A DNA stretch of 56,749 nucleotides, the filler included, from Porpidia crustulata (lineage: Eukaryota): the NCBI GenBank assembly GCA_964255105.1. It is 2 parts of 2 records of this genome, joined end to end, with 100 filler letters (N's around TTAATTAATTAA, not from the genome) between each part and the next. Parts side by side here need not be neighbours in the genome. Positions count along the whole stretch, not along the records: positions 1 to 28,572 come from CAXUWE010000029.1; 1 more part is not named here. One strand, given 5' to 3'. The translations under genes and the position numbers were made by a program. Below are positions 1 through 12,370 of the stretch, piece by piece. Below the pieces are notes generated by a model. That model did no database searches and had not been told where the DNA came from. It saw only the letters and a list, made by a program, of their open reading frames with translations. The first letter of the stretch is position 1. Every line of letters starts with the position of its first letter.

Positions 1-367
1 GGTCAGGAGGAGGACGCGGAGAGGGTTGAGGATGGGGGGAGGAGATGTGGGCATTACTCAAGATTTCAAAGTGGACAAATCTGTAAAGTCCGCAGGATGC
101 CGGGTTCTGTGTCGCGGAAATATATGTAGACTGAGGCTCGGCTAGCGAAAAGTCCCACTCTGACAGCAAAAAGGCACAGAAGCGAATGGTCGAGCATATC
201 CAGTCGCTGGGTATCTATTTGCTGTCTGAGATCTCATGCCCGCTTCTCCCATTGCCAATGGGGCTACGCTCTTCGTAGCACCCTTTGGCTTGCTTTTAGA
301 TGTACACAGACGAAGTCTCCAATAGCCGTCTCTATCCGTTGCTTCAATCTCCCACAACTTTTTATCA

Positions 368-979
368 TCATCTACCCCTTGGTGGGCCCCTTTGCCCTCT
401 TGCCCTGTTTACCGTCGCCCTTCCTCTCGCCAGTCCCACTCCTCGCCCTCTCGTGCCTCGTGATCGAAACATGGGTGCGTTTCTACGGACAACAGCATCG
501 GTGTTAGCACCTTCGCTCACGAGTTTTCTGTCAAACGAGACGTATATCCTGGCTCTCAAGAGCTTACCGTAACATATCCGGCACAATAAAAAACCTCACA
601 TGGCTTCCTCGGATGTAAACTTGGTCTAGATGGCTGACTCGACCGTCACGGGCTGTAACGGTTATGTCCTTGAGTTGAACGTTCATATTGTCTTCGGCTA
701 CATGATCGCAAAACGGGTTAGCATTTATTCCAGCAGGCTGGCATGGCGGAAATGCAGAATTTGCGGTGGAAATGGCTTGCGCCCCGCTCATAGTTGCATA
801 CCTTCTATTAGCTTTCCCCGGTAGACCTGACCAGATGTAATCTCAAGTGTTATGACATGATTCTAGAAGAATAGTCAGCGCTTGTACGTTTCCAATGCTA
901 GGAAATCGTTGGGAAGCTGGAGATGTTTTACCTGAGCTTCATTCAAAAGCTTGATGGGGATACCAATGGTACTCGTCAT
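368..979 (-). CDS. SMD3: Small nuclear ribonucleoprotein Sm D3 (4 exons)
   Basis: Exons 979-932, 862-802, 697-568 and 482-368 join in frame across GT-AG introns. Product [23 protein letters not shown]...[16 protein letters not shown]...[22 protein letters not shown] has an RG-rich tail, typical of SmD3. Confidence 0.96.
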
Positions 980-1210
980 ACCGATATCTTGTGGGTAGCA
1001 AACAAAAAGCAGCCTGTAATCGTAGAACAGAAACAGGATATATTGTTGACCGTTTCCGCTGCTCTCAGAACATGAATTTGGCTCGATAGTGAAGATCTTC
1101 CGAGCGGACACTGATATTTTAACAGGGAATGCCAAGCCTTTTGTACTGGCCTCAATCACCAACCTTTATTTACATCACTTTCTATTCCTCAGCACTCTCA
1201 ACTGTCTTCG

Positions 1211-2059
1211 ATGAATGTCTCTGCTATTCTGAAAGCTTTCCGAGTTCTGCGCAGTCCCTCGCTGTGTTTGCCGCATGTCACCGTTTCTAATTTCAACCAA
1301 CTACCAATTCCTATTTCTCAAGCGTTTACGCCAGCGAATGGAGGACAGATAGTTGATATTCGAGCTATTGTACTTGATAAGGACAATTGCTTTGCAATTC
1401 CAAAGGAAAATGAGATTTACAAACCATACGAGGTGAGTGTTTTCAAAGCGTCTTTATATTATCTAGACTTCTCAAATGTCTATCTTTTGGTACATATTAT
1501 TACAGTCTCCTGTCGTCTAAATACATGTTAGATATTGCGCTCTTGACCGGACACTACAACATCATATTCGCTCATGTTTTGTACGTTCTTAATTGATCAT
1601 TGTTGCAGGAGAAATTCAAAAGTCTCCGCGCAGCTTATCCAGGCTCAAAGCTTCTGATAGTCAGCAATTCCGCTGGTACTTGGAATGATATTGGCGATAT
1701 AGAAGCAGATATGCTGCAAGATGCGACCGGCGTACACGTACTTCGGCACTCAAATAAGAAGCCAGGCTGCGGAGCCGAGATCATGAAATATTTCACCAAC
1801 GCACCTGATAGTACTGTGACAAAGCCAAGTCAGGTCGCCATCGTCGGAGACAGACTTTTCACAGACATCCTGATGGCAAACTTGATGGGCTCTTGGTCCA
1901 TCTGGGTCAAGGATGGAGTGGTTCAAGAAAAGAGCCTCGTTAGTGTCATAAAGACTCGAATATGTAAAGCTGATGCTGAAGGTGATCCAGTTCTTGAACT
2001 TAGAGAGTCGATTGCCAAAATTCTTGCATCGGTATAATCTGAGTCCTCCACGACCATGA
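1211..2059 (+). CDS. GEP4: Mitochondrial phosphatidylglycerophosphatase, HAD IIIA family (3 exons)
   Basis: Motifs VLDKDNCF, IVSNSAG, KKPGC and VGDRLFTDILMAN. Introns 1433-1608 and 1939-1990. The start codon is uncertain. Confidence 0.9.
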
Positions 2060-4503
2060 AATATGTAATAGAAGAAACATTACACAACGAAATTCTTGTT
2101 GCCCCCCGGCTGGTCAACCATGAAAGATAAATCTACCGCGGTACCTCACAGCACTAAGTTTTGTGAATGCTCGCGTATCAGACTGATGCCACGACTGAAG
2201 CACGTATAGTAGATTATGTAGCACACTATCCTTGACGTCCTCAGCAATCACTAAGCTTTGTCGAGAGGCACATGAACCTTTCGATGATTCTGCTAATAGT
2301 AGAAGCCAGATTGATACTCAGCTAGGGGGGGATAAACGTGTGATATTCATGGGCCGGGGCTTGTGAGAGATTGAGAAAGACATAAGGAACTGTTGGGGCA
2401 AGAGTCGTGGAGATTTCGTGGAGACGGAAGACCAGTGCAGAGAGCGGAATTCCTACGTCGCCTATTCTACCCAATCCGGTAGGACTATGATACCCTCTCA
2501 CCCTCTTTAGTGAAAGGACAATTTAGGGCTTATCGCATCCTTGTAACGGAAGGGTAGACACGTGAAATGATGTTATAGTGCCAACTGTCAACGTTGTCGA
2601 TCGTCCGACACCTCCGAGTGTCGACCAGGGTTACCGGAATCGTCATGCGAGCGCCAAGAATCTGCACACCCATCAGAAGTTACGAGAGGCAGAACATAAG
2701 GTCGTGAAGGGTTCTGCGACGGTACGGAGTGTCAAAGAGCATGAGGGTGAGATGCCTGAGCAAGTGCTATCCTACCTCTCACCTACCTTAGTGTACTCGT
2801 TTAGACCAAGTAGATGTTTTGCCCTTCCCAAGTCCATGGTGAAGAAGTGCTGCCAGACCGTTTGAGTCCCTACACTTGCACCAACACTACCGTCCAAGAC
2901 CGAGGGCTGAGATGGAGTGATGGAGAACCTAGTAGCAGCTGGGCGCTGGCGGCACGACTTTCTATTCATGCGAGCCACAGCCCACGGTCTTAGGCCCCAA
3001 ATCGTATCGCGCCGACGAAGTGTGTAGTGTATCATTGGTCCGAGTGCTGGAATCCGATTCTACAACGATAGAAGAAAGTATGTTGAAGGAGGTATACTGT
3101 ACTTCGTGTTCTACTACTTCTCTCTTGGCTACTTATGCAGAAGTCCTAGCTCTTGCGCTTCGGTGTGCTGTTCCAGTGAGACTTGCTGTTCTTGTAGGCC
3201 CGTGGCTGATGTTGCACAACAGGGCGCGTACCTGACTTAGTGCGTTTCAACCCTCAATCCACAATGAGCTAAACCTGTTCCTGTCCTCGATTTTCTGCAG
3301 TCTAGATGCAGCTAGGGGAAGCTTGCTTGTTGCCTTTTCCCTTTTCTTCTCCCTGTGCGTCCCCTCGGCCTCCCCAACATCCACTCACCCTCCCACGCTA
3401 CGACTTGCATCGCACAACCCTCAATATACTCACCGACCAGAACTTCAGACGAATCATTACTGCAATCCTGACTCGTTGCGGTTGTTGCGGCTGTAACATT
3501 GTAGAGAGTCTGCAGAACCAGGGTTCCTCGACCGTGACCGTTTGATGAGCAACTCATGCAATGCGTTGCCAAAATTGAGACTGCCTTGAATAATCCATCG
3601 GGTAAGGTAGATCAGTGGCAAAATCAGCCTTCTTTATGGTCAGCACCGGGTCATCCTCCACTCCACACGGACAACAATCAACGCTTGTTGACGGCGCAGT
3701 GTGAGCCTTGCTGTTTTCAGACAGCCCTGTCGTGAAAGAATTCGTTGCTCATTATCCAGCAAGACGGATACATGATGTAGGACAATGAAGCAGACTGCCC
3801 CTAATAGCTAGATAGCGATGCACAGGATCCATTTTACCTAGCAATGATCTGCATGATTCCCCATCTTCGTGCTGCGTGATAGAATAACAACAATGATAAC
3901 GACTAAAAGTTCTAAATTTATATGCGAAATCGAGTTGTGCCCGCGCTTCTGCTTTCTGCCGAGATCCCTGCCTAGTTCGGTGATCCAGGGGCAGTTTTCT
4001 TCCCCTCCTGCCTGCGCATCCGTTTTCTTTCTCTTGGTCGTTCATCACCATCAACAATCCATTGTTGTCGTCGTGTTCACCAGACTTACCACATTCCTTT
4101 TATTTCGCTGCTTCAGATTTTGCCTCACGGATACCGTCACTCTTTTCGGATCCATACCACTCCTTTGGCTGCCTTCTTACTATTCTGTCTTTACGATCGC
4201 ACATTTTTTCTTCATTATCTAAGCCCCCACAAGTCAAACATCTCAGCATCCTGTCCTGCTCCGGTATAGCATCAGATAGCCAATACAAAGTACAAGAAAC
4301 CAACATCCTCAGCCAGTTCTGAGGAGTACTACTGTCATTCGACTTTGACTTTATTCATCCGGGTTCCCAGCGAATTCGATACAAAGTCCTTTAACAACTT
4401 TCACGGTCCTAAGACTTGAGCTGTTCTCGACCGCAAATTCCTTCCCTCATTCACTAGCAGCCAAGGTCGAGCTGTACTGTTTATCTTTTGCGACAGCGGC
4501 CCG

Positions 4504-6411
4504 ATGATGCAATCACCCACCACTCTCGACATTATGTCAACCTCAACTCCATCACCGACCAACTCTGCCAGTGCCAGTACGAGTAATTCTCGCCGACCAC
4601 CACGGAAAAGTACCCTCACCCAACAGCAAAAAAATCAAAAACGCCAGAGAGCCACACAAGACCAATTGGTGACGCTGGAAGTCGAGTTCAACAAGAACCC
4701 AACACCTACTGCGGCAGTACGTGAATGTATAGCGCAAGACATTAGCATGACCGAACGCTCTGTTCAGATATGGTTCCAAAACAGGTGCGTACATGGAGGG
4801 CCGAAGGGAGAGAGCTGGTGGCTAATAACGCAATCTAGACGCGCGAAAATCAAGTTACTTGCTAAGAAAAGTATCGAGACTGGTGAGGACTGTGATGCAA
4901 TTCCGGAAAGCATGCGTCAATACCTTGCTCTACAAGCTATGGAAAGCGGAAAGCCACTGGGGAGAGAGTTTCTAGGTCGCTCTACTACGATGAACGCTTA
5001 CGGTGGCAGTGGAGTACTCTTGAACGCAGAGTCTAGTAACCCAGGAAAAGTCGGTGCGTAGTTTGTGCAGTTCATATGGATCTTAGAACACACTAATGGC
5101 GATGTAGTTATTCACCACTTCACTTGCAAGTCTTTGAGTATAGGCACCTGGCGCCGGGTAGGCCAGAATGCCATGGATCTTGTAATCTTCTACGCACCCG
5201 ACAAAGCTTGCCTAACCTACTACATAAACAATGACTCAGCTGGCTACAAAATCGAATACCCGTTTGCTTACGTCAAGAACATAAGTCTAGAGAACGGTGA
5301 TCCATCTGACGATGGCAGTGGAATGCCCTCGAGGCCTCGTGGGCTTCTGGTAGAGCTTAACCGACCACCCAATTTCTTCATGGAATCGTCCGGTACTGGC
5401 GGCTTTCATCAATGCGGCGATTTCACAGAAGACCAACAAGCCTCCCAAATCATGGTACATCACCTTGGCGGTCACCCAAGAGTGCTAAGTGGACAACTTG
5501 CCAAGCTCGTCTCGCTGCAGTCATTTCAGAATAGGCACAGCCCGTACGATCCACACTCGCTGGCAATAGCTGCCCCGATTTCGCCGGTCATCCCTCGGCC
5601 GGCCTCGCAACCAAACCAAATGCCGCATCCACACCTTGCAATGTTTCAAGAGAACCCGTTCGGTACCAATATGCATTCGGTTCCGCGTGGCCACAAGCGT
5701 ACTCGTAGCAGATCAGTCCCAGCTGCAATCGACTTTTCAATGTTCGGATCGCCAATGCCATCGTTCCACATCCAACATCCGTCAACCAACATGACTGATG
5801 CAAGTATCTACGCACCGGTGCCACAGCATCGCAACAACAATCTTGGCCCTCTCGGCCCCAACTTGCACATTGACACGACCTCCGGCTACGGTATGGACTA
5901 TCGACATTACCCTCTATCTGCAGCAACCACAACATCACCATCGGACTACGCTAGCCCGTCATTCTACGCATCCGGTCCACATGTAGATGCCATGCCTGCC
6001 CACAATTACAACGCGCCGTACAGCCTACCTTTCCTTTCACCTATGCCGGAGCACCCGAACATGATCCATCCTTCCGTTTCACCATTGTCTGCTTTCTCGG
6101 GTCACCATGGTGATCCTATAATTGCCGACCAATCTCCGCCCATGAACAACATGCACCGAAGCCCGTCCGCTGAATTTCTCTCGATAACGCAAGACCAGCA
6201 TTCAACAATGTCTGACGACGGATACATGCTCAGCGAAATGTACTCAAAGCAAAACTTGAACCTGCCTATGCACTCACCTGGCGTCGAGGAGCAAGGTACG
6301 AGAATGCACGTGCACGAGGAGTCTTCGAGTGAGGAAATGGACATGCACAACATGGTTTCTTTTGGCACAATCGACCCGTCGAGTCTTGGCCCTGAAAATG
6401 TGGTCATATAG
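4504..6411 (+). CDS. Homeobox transcription factor, Pah1/Phx1/Hoy1-like (3 exons)
   Basis: Homeodomain [23 protein letters not shown]...[14 protein letters not shown] is completed across intron 4785-4838. Second intron 5054-5107. Downstream block SLSIGTWRR...YKIEYPF, then a P/S/H-rich tail. Confidence 0.93.
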
Positions 6412-7267
6412 CCTACACAGTCAACGTTCGCTTTCTTCACGCTTTCTTCAAATTTTCGCAAGATATGGGGTATATCGGAGGTACGGGGCGTCTGTGGAAA
6501 ATGTCACCAGGCAATACAGGGTAGATATCCCAAGGGGTCCAGGTGGGGAGGCCGGAGGGGACATTGATTTTTCAACGAAGGGGTTTTGATTGCTCGTCGC
6601 TTCGGACTTGCCCTTACTCGCGCTTAATCGAGACTTTCATGCTTTAACGCCGGCGTCTGGGAAACGGTTCATCTGCATACTTCCCGTCTGGTTAGGCCGT
6701 CATGTGTACGATAAAGAAGATCGGAGGCGTTTTCTTTTGCTACCTATCTAGCCCACAAGGCCTTTTCTGCTAATTTTCAAAAGACCCACAATTTCTGGAT
6801 AATCTACGTTAACTATCTGCAATAATCGTCGAGCGAATCTCTCAATCTCTGAAAACATGATGTGTTACGTATAGGGTCAATTGTAGCTACAAGACTCATC
6901 AGCAATAGTGTAGGGCTGCGTCCAAGCGTCATGTGACTTTGCCCTGACATTAGGTCCTTTACTATCCATGTCGGATTGTGGACCGAAGCGTCAGCGGTGT
7001 CTAAACATAGAACTCTGCAACAAAGACAACCGAAGAGAGTATGAAGCGTGGAAGCTTACTTCAGCGAGTCAGGCAAGATTCCATACAGATTCGCAAACTC
7101 GCTCAGTAGCTTCATGCCTATTACTGCCCATTCTCATGCCTCGGAATAAATGTTAGAGCTTGAATGATATTCAGAGTCCACCAAAAGCTCTAACGAGGGC
7201 CTTTTTCCAACAATTAGACCGCTAATTGAGCAAGTTGCATATCCGATGAGGCCACGTCTGACAGAGG

Positions 7268-10200
7268 ATGTCCGCGAGTGATCGTGATTGGCCTCATAAT
7301 GATAGTCGCGGCGATATCGGGAGAAGGCTAGGCGCACAGCTCGACAGAGCTGCATCTATAATTGAGGATGGCACTCAACATGACATGGAGGATTTACGGA
7401 GTGAAGCAGTGACGTCAGATGCCATTGCTCCATCCACTACCGTCTTAGCCAGCAATGATTCGGCACTTGAGAAGAGCGTAGGGTTTCCCCCAAGGACGGA
7501 TGAAGGAACCCCACGGACAGAATCTGTGGAGCCTGGAAATCGAGCTTTTGGCGATGGGCATAAGACTGGATTCTCAACAACTCAAAACCTGTCACTCAAC
7601 GTTGGTGCAACTACGGGTGAGCCAAGCGCCAGAGTTGGAAGCCCCTCAAGATCCATAGCTTTCACCTCTCTAGTCTCACGAGGAACAGCGCCCCCGATTG
7701 TACCAAGTCCCCAATCGCCTAGATCAGCAAGATCTAAAGACTTTGCCTTTTCACCCCACAGATCGCTGCTTGCACGGGGCGTCCATGGGGGATCTCCTGG
7801 CGGTGATTCTGATCCGCACTTTCAACCAACGACCCACGCCTCCTCGACGCAATATTCAGTATCATCTGCAACTGATATTCCTAGAACTAGAGAAAAGGCA
7901 GAGGTAGCGGTGATGACATCTCCCATAGTACATGGATTTGATAACAAAGGCCTACCTCCCAATTCAGCGAAAAAGGAACAAGGGGCTACATCACTACCAA
8001 ATTATGAGAGATGGCTGAAGGACCAAGCGGCTCATAGTAATCTTTTAGCGAAAATAACGACCCCTTTTCGAGAAGTACGGAAGAAGATCCTTCGAATACA
8101 CGAGATACCGCCTACAAGGGATGGACGACATATAGATATAAATGCGAGCCGAAGCAACGTACTCGTGGATGAGCGAACCGGGATACCGTATATTGATAAC
8201 AAGATACGTTCGAGTCGATATACATTGTGGAACTTTCTGCCCCGCCAATTGTATGCCCAATTCTCTAAGTTGGCCAATTTCTACTTCCTTTGCGTTTCCA
8301 TACTTCAAATGATACCCGGTCTGAGTACCACAGGTACATATACCACAATTGTGCCTTTACTATTTTTTGTTACCCTGTCCATGGCCAAGGAGGGTTACGA
8401 CGATCTGCGACGGTACAAGTTAGACAAAAGTGAAAACAAGAGTATTGCTTCTGTTCTGGATGCCAATAAACCCGATTTTGTGGGCTCTGGCGACAGCAGC
8501 GAGATCTCATCGGTTGATTCTGATCCCTGGAAGTGGAAAAAAACTGAATGGAAGGATGTTCGCGTAGGTGATGTCATAAAGCTACAACGCGATGAAGCTG
8601 CCCCAGCAGACCTTATCATTTTACAAGCTAAAGACCCAAACGGCATTGCATACATTGAGACTATGGCTCTCGATGGCGAAACAAATTTGAAAAGCAAGCA
8701 AGCTTCGCCGCCTTTAGCGAGGACTTGCACTTCCGCTGATAGCATCGCCCGAAACAATACTCATCTGGTCGTTGAGGATCCTAATCTTAACCTCTATAGC
8801 TTCGAGGGAAAGGTTACTGCCGATAGTGAGACACTTCCGCTAACAAATAGCGAGGTCATCTACAGGAGCAGCGTAGTAAGAAATACGTCTGAAGTGTATG
8901 GGGTAGTCATATATACTGGAGAAGAATGCAAAATCCGGATGAACGCGACAAAAAATCCTCGTATTAAAGCACCAGCTCTACAGAGTGTGGTCAACAAGGT
9001 TGTCGTCATTATTGTCATATTCGTTCTTCTCCTCGCGATCTTCAATACCGCGGCGTACAAGATCTGGCAAGAAGAGACTGAAGAAAAGTCTTGGTACATT
9101 GTCAACGCCAAAGTCGCCTTCTTCCCCATCTTAACTTCATTCATCATCCTATTCAATACGATGATTCCTCTCTCGCTCTATGTAAGTCTCGAAATTGTGA
9201 AACTCTTTCAAATCTTCCTCATGAATGATATCGATATGTATGATGAGGCTTCGAATACGCCAATGGAACCAAGGACGTCAACTATCAATGAAGAATTAGG
9301 CCAGGTCAGCTACATCTTTTCCGACAAGACTGGTACCTTAACGGACAATTCCATGCAATTCCGTAAATTGAGTGTTGCTGGAACTTCTTGGTTTCATGGC
9401 CCAGATTTGCAGGAAGAAGCCATCAGAGAGGCAGCCAGCCAAAATCTGCCTCGAGAAAAGCCGAGCAAAGGGAAAAGGCCTATGAAACGCAAAAGCAGGA
9501 TTTCCACAAGCAGCAGAGCGCGTACTACATCCGACGCCCATTCTCCACTCGGAGAATCGTTCCCAGGATCCCCTTTGGATGTGACAATCTCCAACAATCT
9601 ACAAGGAAAATCATCTGCTTGGCTGGAAAGATCTCGTCCAGCCCTCCGAACGGGACAACTACTACACTACATAGACCGCAAACCACACACATTCTTCGCC
9701 CGTAAGGTCCGGTTTTTCTTGCTTTCCATAGCCTTGTGCCACACCTGTTACCCAGAGAAGAGTGGTAATGGAGATATCAAATACCAAGCTGCATCACCTG
9801 ATGAGCAAGCCTTAGTGCGGGCCGCTCAAGAGCTTGGATACATCGTACTCGACAGACAGAATTCAACAATAACAATCAAAATCGGCCTGTCTGGCCATGA
9901 TGCGGATCCGTTGTTCGAGAAGTACCAAATCCTCGACGTTTTAGAATTCTCAAGCGGTAGGAAAAGGATGTCTATCATAGTCAGAATGCCAGATCAGCGC
10001 ATTTGCGTTTTCTGCAAAGGAGCAGACTCTACCGTCTTGCAACTCCTCAGGCTTTCCAGTCTTGCGTTAGAGAAGGCTGTGCAAGTTGAGCGTAGTGTCA
10101 ATAGGAGACAAAGTTTAGAAGCACAGGAAGCCATTCGGCGTGACAGCGAGCATAAGAGTCGAAGAAATAGCGGGCTCAGGACCAGTTTTAGCCTTGGTCG

Positions 10201-12370
10201 CAGAAGCGTAGGCGGCGTCGCGCGCCCAAGTATGACTGGCAAGAGACTTCAGCCGATCCGGGATGAAGTCGATGGTTGGCTCAAGGACCGAGAGATGGAT
10301 GTAGATATGTCTCCCAGGGACTCTCGGAGTGGTTACTATTCCCCTCGCCTGTCGGCGCACATTAGTATCAGAAGTCCAGGCGAATTCAATAGCAGTCTTT
10401 CCTTCCAGAGTGACGATAGAGAAGAATTAATTGATGAGACCTTGGTCATGGATGAGTCTTCGGTATTTGAAGGATGTTTCCAACACATCAATGACTTCGC
10501 TACAGAAGGTCTAAGAACTTTACTCTATGGCTATAGATTTATGGAAGAAGATGAGTATACTGCATGGAAGAAGATCTACATCGAAGCTTCGACGAGTCTC
10601 GTCGATCGACAAGCGTCAATTGAAAGGACAGGAGAAATGATCGAGAAGGACTTGGAACTTGCAGGTGCGACGGCTATTGAAGATAAATTACAGAAGGGAG
10701 TGCCAGAAGCTATTGACAAGCTCCGACGTGCCAAGATCAAATTATGGATGTTGACAGGGGACAAACTTCAGACAGCCGTGAACATAGGGCACTCTTGTCG
10801 TCTAATCAAAGACTACTCATCGATCACGGTTCTTGATCGTTCGGCTGAGGACATTGAACATAGAATTGCTGCTGCGACCCTTGAGATCACCAACGGCCAT
10901 GTTGCGCACTCCGTAGTTGTGATTAACGGTCAGACACTGGCTGTCATCGAAGCTGACGAATTGATTCGAAAACTTTTTGTGGACCTTGCGATCCTCGTTG
11001 ACTCTGTAATCTGCTGCCGAGCATCTCCGAGTCAAAAGGCATATCTCGTTCGTGTCATTCGAAGAAAAGTCAAATCTGCCGTCACCCTGGCAATCGGAGA
11101 TGGGGCAAACGACATCGCCATGATTCAAGAAGCGCACGTCGGTATTGGTATCACCGGCAAAGAGGGACTACAAGCAGCGCGTACTTCGGACTATTCCATA
11201 GCACAGTTTCGGTTCCTCTTGAAGCTCCTTCTCGTCCATGGCCACTGGAACTATATCCGCACCTGTAAATACACTCTAAGCACTTTCTGGAAGGAGATGC
11301 TCTTCTACCTCACTCAGGCTCTCTTTCAGCGCTATGCAGGCTACACTGGTACGTCCCTGTACGAGTCATGGTCCCTCTCAATGTTCAACACGCTCTTCAC
11401 CTCCCTCCCCGTGATCTTCATGGGTATCTTCGAGAAAGATCTTGCTGCAAGTACCCTCCTCGCTGTACCGGAGCTATACACCATCGGCCACCGCAACGGT
11501 GCATTCAACCTCTCCATCTACGCTTTCTGGGTCTTCATGGCAAGCACCGAAGCCGTTGTGGTATTTTTCATCATGCTAGGTCTCTATGGTCAAGCACTCT
11601 TCACCACTGACAACGATTTATTCTCCATGGGCGCCTTAACATTCACAGCCTGTGTTATCATCATAGCCACCAAGATCCAGTTCCTGGAGCTTCACAATAA
11701 GAGCATAACGTGTGCCTTGGCTATGATCCTCAGTATAGGCGGCTGGTTCCTATGGAATATCATCCTTAGCGCCGTCTACAAAAACAATACCATTTACGAT
11801 GTTAAACAAGGCTTCCTTGAGCGCTTTGGCCGGAATGCTTTGTGGTGGTCAACACTGATCCTCGTCGTTACCGCGTGCTGGGCTTTCGAAATTGCCGCCA
11901 AGTCCACTCGTGTTGCATGGGCGCCTAGCGATACGGACATCTTCCAGGAACTGGAAAAGGACCAAGTCATCCGAGAACGCTTCGAAAAAGCCGCAGCTGG
12001 GGAGATGCCATCCCAGAGTCTTCGAAACGCGACAAGACTACAAGAGCAGCAAGCTCTCGAAGAAGAAGACCGCCGCGAAGCAGAGATCCAAGAGATCCTA
12101 GATCGGCCACGTGTCATGAACAGGCTTAGTGTGGATGGCGCTCATCTCCGCAAGCGAGAACGTTCTGGATCGTCGGATATGGGAAAGACCGAGTTTCAAG
12201 AGCTTGAAATGATGGATTTGAAGGACGATGATGATCAGAACGGGAAGGTGAAGTTTGCCATGCAGGATACAGATGCGATGAAGAGGCGGCAGAGCACGGA
12301 TGTGCACTCGCTTTTGAGAAGAGGTTTTGGGGCAGTGAGGCAAAGTCTGGACAAGGGCCATAACGAGTGA
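7268..12370 (+). CDS. DNF3: P4-type ATPase phospholipid flippase, Dnf3-like (single exon)
   Basis: 1700-aa ORF with LDGETNLK, IPLSLYVSLE, DKTGTLT, MLTGDK and AIGDGANDIAM, plus C-terminal TM segments. Confidence 0.93.
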   Translation: MSASDRDWPHNDSRGDIGRRLGAQLDRAASIIEDGTQHDMEDLRSEAVTSDAIAPSTTVLASNDSALEKSVGFPPRTDEGTPRTESVEPGNRAFGDGHKTGFSTTQNLSLNVGATTGEPSARVGSPSRSIAFTSLVSRGTAPPIVPSPQSPRSARSKDFAFSPHRSLLARGVHGGSPGGDSDPHFQPTTHASSTQYSVSSATDIPRTREKAEVAVMTSPIVHGFDNKGLPPNSAKKEQGATSLPNYERWLKDQAAHSNLLAKITTPFREVRKKILRIHEIPPTRDGRHIDINASRSNVLVDERTGIPYIDNKIRSSRYTLWNFLPRQLYAQFSKLANFYFLCVSILQMIPGLSTTGTYTTIVPLLFFVTLSMAKEGYDDLRRYKLDKSENKSIASVLDANKPDFVGSGDSSEISSVDSDPWKWKKTEWKDVRVGDVIKLQRDEAAPADLIILQAKDPNGIAYIETMALDGETNLKSKQASPPLARTCTSADSIARNNTHLVVEDPNLNLYSFEGKVTADSETLPLTNSEVIYRSSVVRNTSEVYGVVIYTGEECKIRMNATKNPRIKAPALQSVVNKVVVIIVIFVLLLAIFNTAAYKIWQEETEEKSWYIVNAKVAFFPILTSFIILFNTMIPLSLYVSLEIVKLFQIFLMNDIDMYDEASNTPMEPRTSTINEELGQVSYIFSDKTGTLTDNSMQFRKLSVAGTSWFHGPDLQEEAIREAASQNLPREKPSKGKRPMKRKSRISTSSRARTTSDAHSPLGESFPGSPLDVTISNNLQGKSSAWLERSRPALRTGQLLHYIDRKPHTFFARKVRFFLLSIALCHTCYPEKSGNGDIKYQAASPDEQALVRAAQELGYIVLDRQNSTITIKIGLSGHDADPLFEKYQILDVLEFSSGRKRMSIIVRMPDQRICVFCKGADSTVLQLLRLSSLALEKAVQVERSVNRRQSLEAQEAIRRDSEHKSRRNSGLRTSFSLGRRSVGGVARPSMTGKRLQPIRDEVDGWLKDREMDVDMSPRDSRSGYYSPRLSAHISIRSPGEFNSSLSFQSDDREELIDETLVMDESSVFEGCFQHINDFATEGLRTLLYGYRFMEEDEYTAWKKIYIEASTSLVDRQASIERTGEMIEKDLELAGATAIEDKLQKGVPEAIDKLRRAKIKLWMLTGDKLQTAVNIGHSCRLIKDYSSITVLDRSAEDIEHRIAAATLEITNGHVAHSVVVINGQTLAVIEADELIRKLFVDLAILVDSVICCRASPSQKAYLVRVIRRKVKSAVTLAIGDGANDIAMIQEAHVGIGITGKEGLQAARTSDYSIAQFRFLLKLLLVHGHWNYIRTCKYTLSTFWKEMLFYLTQALFQRYAGYTGTSLYESWSLSMFNTLFTSLPVIFMGIFEKDLAASTLLAVPELYTIGHRNGAFNLSIYAFWVFMASTEAVVVFFIMLGLYGQALFTTDNDLFSMGALTFTACVIIIATKIQFLELHNKSITCALAMILSIGGWFLWNIILSAVYKNNTIYDVKQGFLERFGRNALWWSTLILVVTACWAFEIAAKSTRVAWAPSDTDIFQELEKDQVIRERFEKAAAGEMPSQSLRNATRLQEQQALEEEDRREAEIQEILDRPRVMNRLSVDGAHLRKRERSGSSDMGKTEFQELEMMDLKDDDDQNGKVKFAMQDTDAMKRRQSTDVHSLLRRGFGAVRQSLDKGHNE

